Below are positions 41,813 to 43,036 of a stretch of DNA of 43,036 bases, piece after piece. The translations under genes were made by a program, and so were the position numbers. Origin of the DNA: Chrysochromulina tobinii (Eukaryota); contig JWZX01003086.1 in assembly GCA_001275005.1 (NCBI GenBank), positions 1 to 43,036 of the forward strand. Direction: 5' to 3'. The stretch's first letter is position 1. Each line of letters opens with the position of its first letter. Under the pieces are notes generated by a model. It did no database searches and had not been told where the DNA came from. It saw nothing but the letters and a program-made list of their open reading frames with translations.

Positions 41813-43036
41813 CAGTCGCCTCGGACTCGGACTTGGGGCACGCCTTTTCGGATGCTTGGGCTCTTCTTAGGGAGGAGGTCGATGGCGTGGTGGATGTTAC
41901 GCAGTCACCTGGCCTGCTCAGCCACCCGGCCGAGACGGTACCCGCGCAGCACCGGATGCAGCACGCTATCACGGCCCAGCGGGAGGCAGCGGCGGCTCGG
42001 CGCCTCGATGTCCTCATGCTCGCTCTCCCCAGGACGGACCCTCGGAGGCACGCGTGGCTGGAGGCTGGGGATGCCGCCCAGATTGCAGGCCGTTGGCTTG
42101 CTTCGCACCCTTCCGAGCGCCTCGGCTTGGTGTGCTCGTGCAGCGAGTTCAGCGAGATGCTCGTCTCCTACTTGGGTGTGGATAGCCCAGCGGCTTCGTC
42201 TCCGGGCATTTTGGGTGCCTCGTTCTCGGGATACAGCGGTGGGCGTCAGCGGTTCGTCGTCGATGCCGGAGGTTGGGAGGTCGAGCGCGTGCAGATGCCC
42301 GGGGACGGGTGGCGCGACGCTCACGACTACATCGCCTCCACCGTCTTTGACCTCGTCTCTCTCGCTGGGATCACAGGCACCATGGAGCCGCGTGGCATCT
42401 TCAGCATGGCGGTTCCGGCCGAGGTCCTGGCCGCTGCACTGGCCGAGGACGGCAGCCGTCGATCGCGGCCCGGTGCTGTTCCGGACTACTGCTTCACGGT
42501 CGACGGTCGTCGCATGCTGTATGACGTAAAACGGATTGCCTTCTGTCCGAGTCGCTATTGGCCTACGGTCGCGGTGGCTTCTAGCCGTGGGGGACCACTT
42601 GAGCACAGGGCATCTCTCGTCCGAGCGGAGTATGAGGCAGCGGCTGCCGCACTCGACGCCCGCACAGCAGCCTGGTACATTCGGACGGGGACCGCCGCCC
42701 CAGTCGGGGCACCGACGGCAGTCGATATCCTAGCTTCGTTCCCTCCAGTTCGCGGCCTGGTCTTCGGCAGCACTGCTTGCGGGGGGTCCAGGGAGGTTGG
42801 CATCCTCCTTGCTCAGGCTGCGTCGTCGTCTGCCCAGCGTCAGTGGCGCTCGCTCGGCGCTCGCTCCATGCTCGACGCGCGATCCTTCATGATCTCGACG
42901 CTGCGCTCCCAGGTCGGCTTCGCCGCGGCCGTCGCGCATGCCCGCCTCCGCCTCTCACGTCTTGAGCTTATCGGGGGCTCCGGCCGCACTGCTGGCCGCT
43001 ACGCGTCTGCCGCACGCGCCTTCATTTGATCGCCGA
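41813..43036 (+). mobile_element. 5'-truncated CRE-like non-LTR retrotransposon: post-RT region and restriction-like endonuclease (open frame to stop at 43029); continues beyond the window
   Basis: GRWLASHP..EFSEMLVSYLG, DGWRDAHD, EPRGIF, PD(x12)DVK, RGLVFG; no ATG start and no RT domain; begins right after TACCGGTA (41805-41812). Confidence 0.75.

Overview
GC-rich eukaryotic genomic DNA with about 19 densely packed protein-coding genes and short GT-AG introns. Composition, low-complexity proteins and gene families suggest a haptophyte alga (inference). Clearly recognisable genes: a sphingolipid C9-methyltransferase next to a delta24-sterol reductase, a Cu-transporting P1B ATPase, a TKL kinase, a NodZ-like fucosyltransferase, SGNH and TBL-type esterases, an FkbM methyltransferase, a lipocalin, a MORN-SET + spermidine-synthase-like double methyltransferase, and several Ca2+-related chimeric membrane proteins. 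The main hidden structure is a non-LTR retrotransposon family. A 5'-truncated CRE-like restriction-like-endonuclease (RLE) ORF at the right edge starts directly after a TACCGGTAC site. Nine shorter copies sharing the 3' end ...GGTGTCTTTT-TACCGGTA occur in nests of TACCGGTA palindromes. One of these copies overlaps the ORF end, two nests show back-to-back pairs, and every nest lies just upstream of a gene start. No rRNA, tRNA or CRISPR array was seen. All family calls come from motif reading, not database searches.
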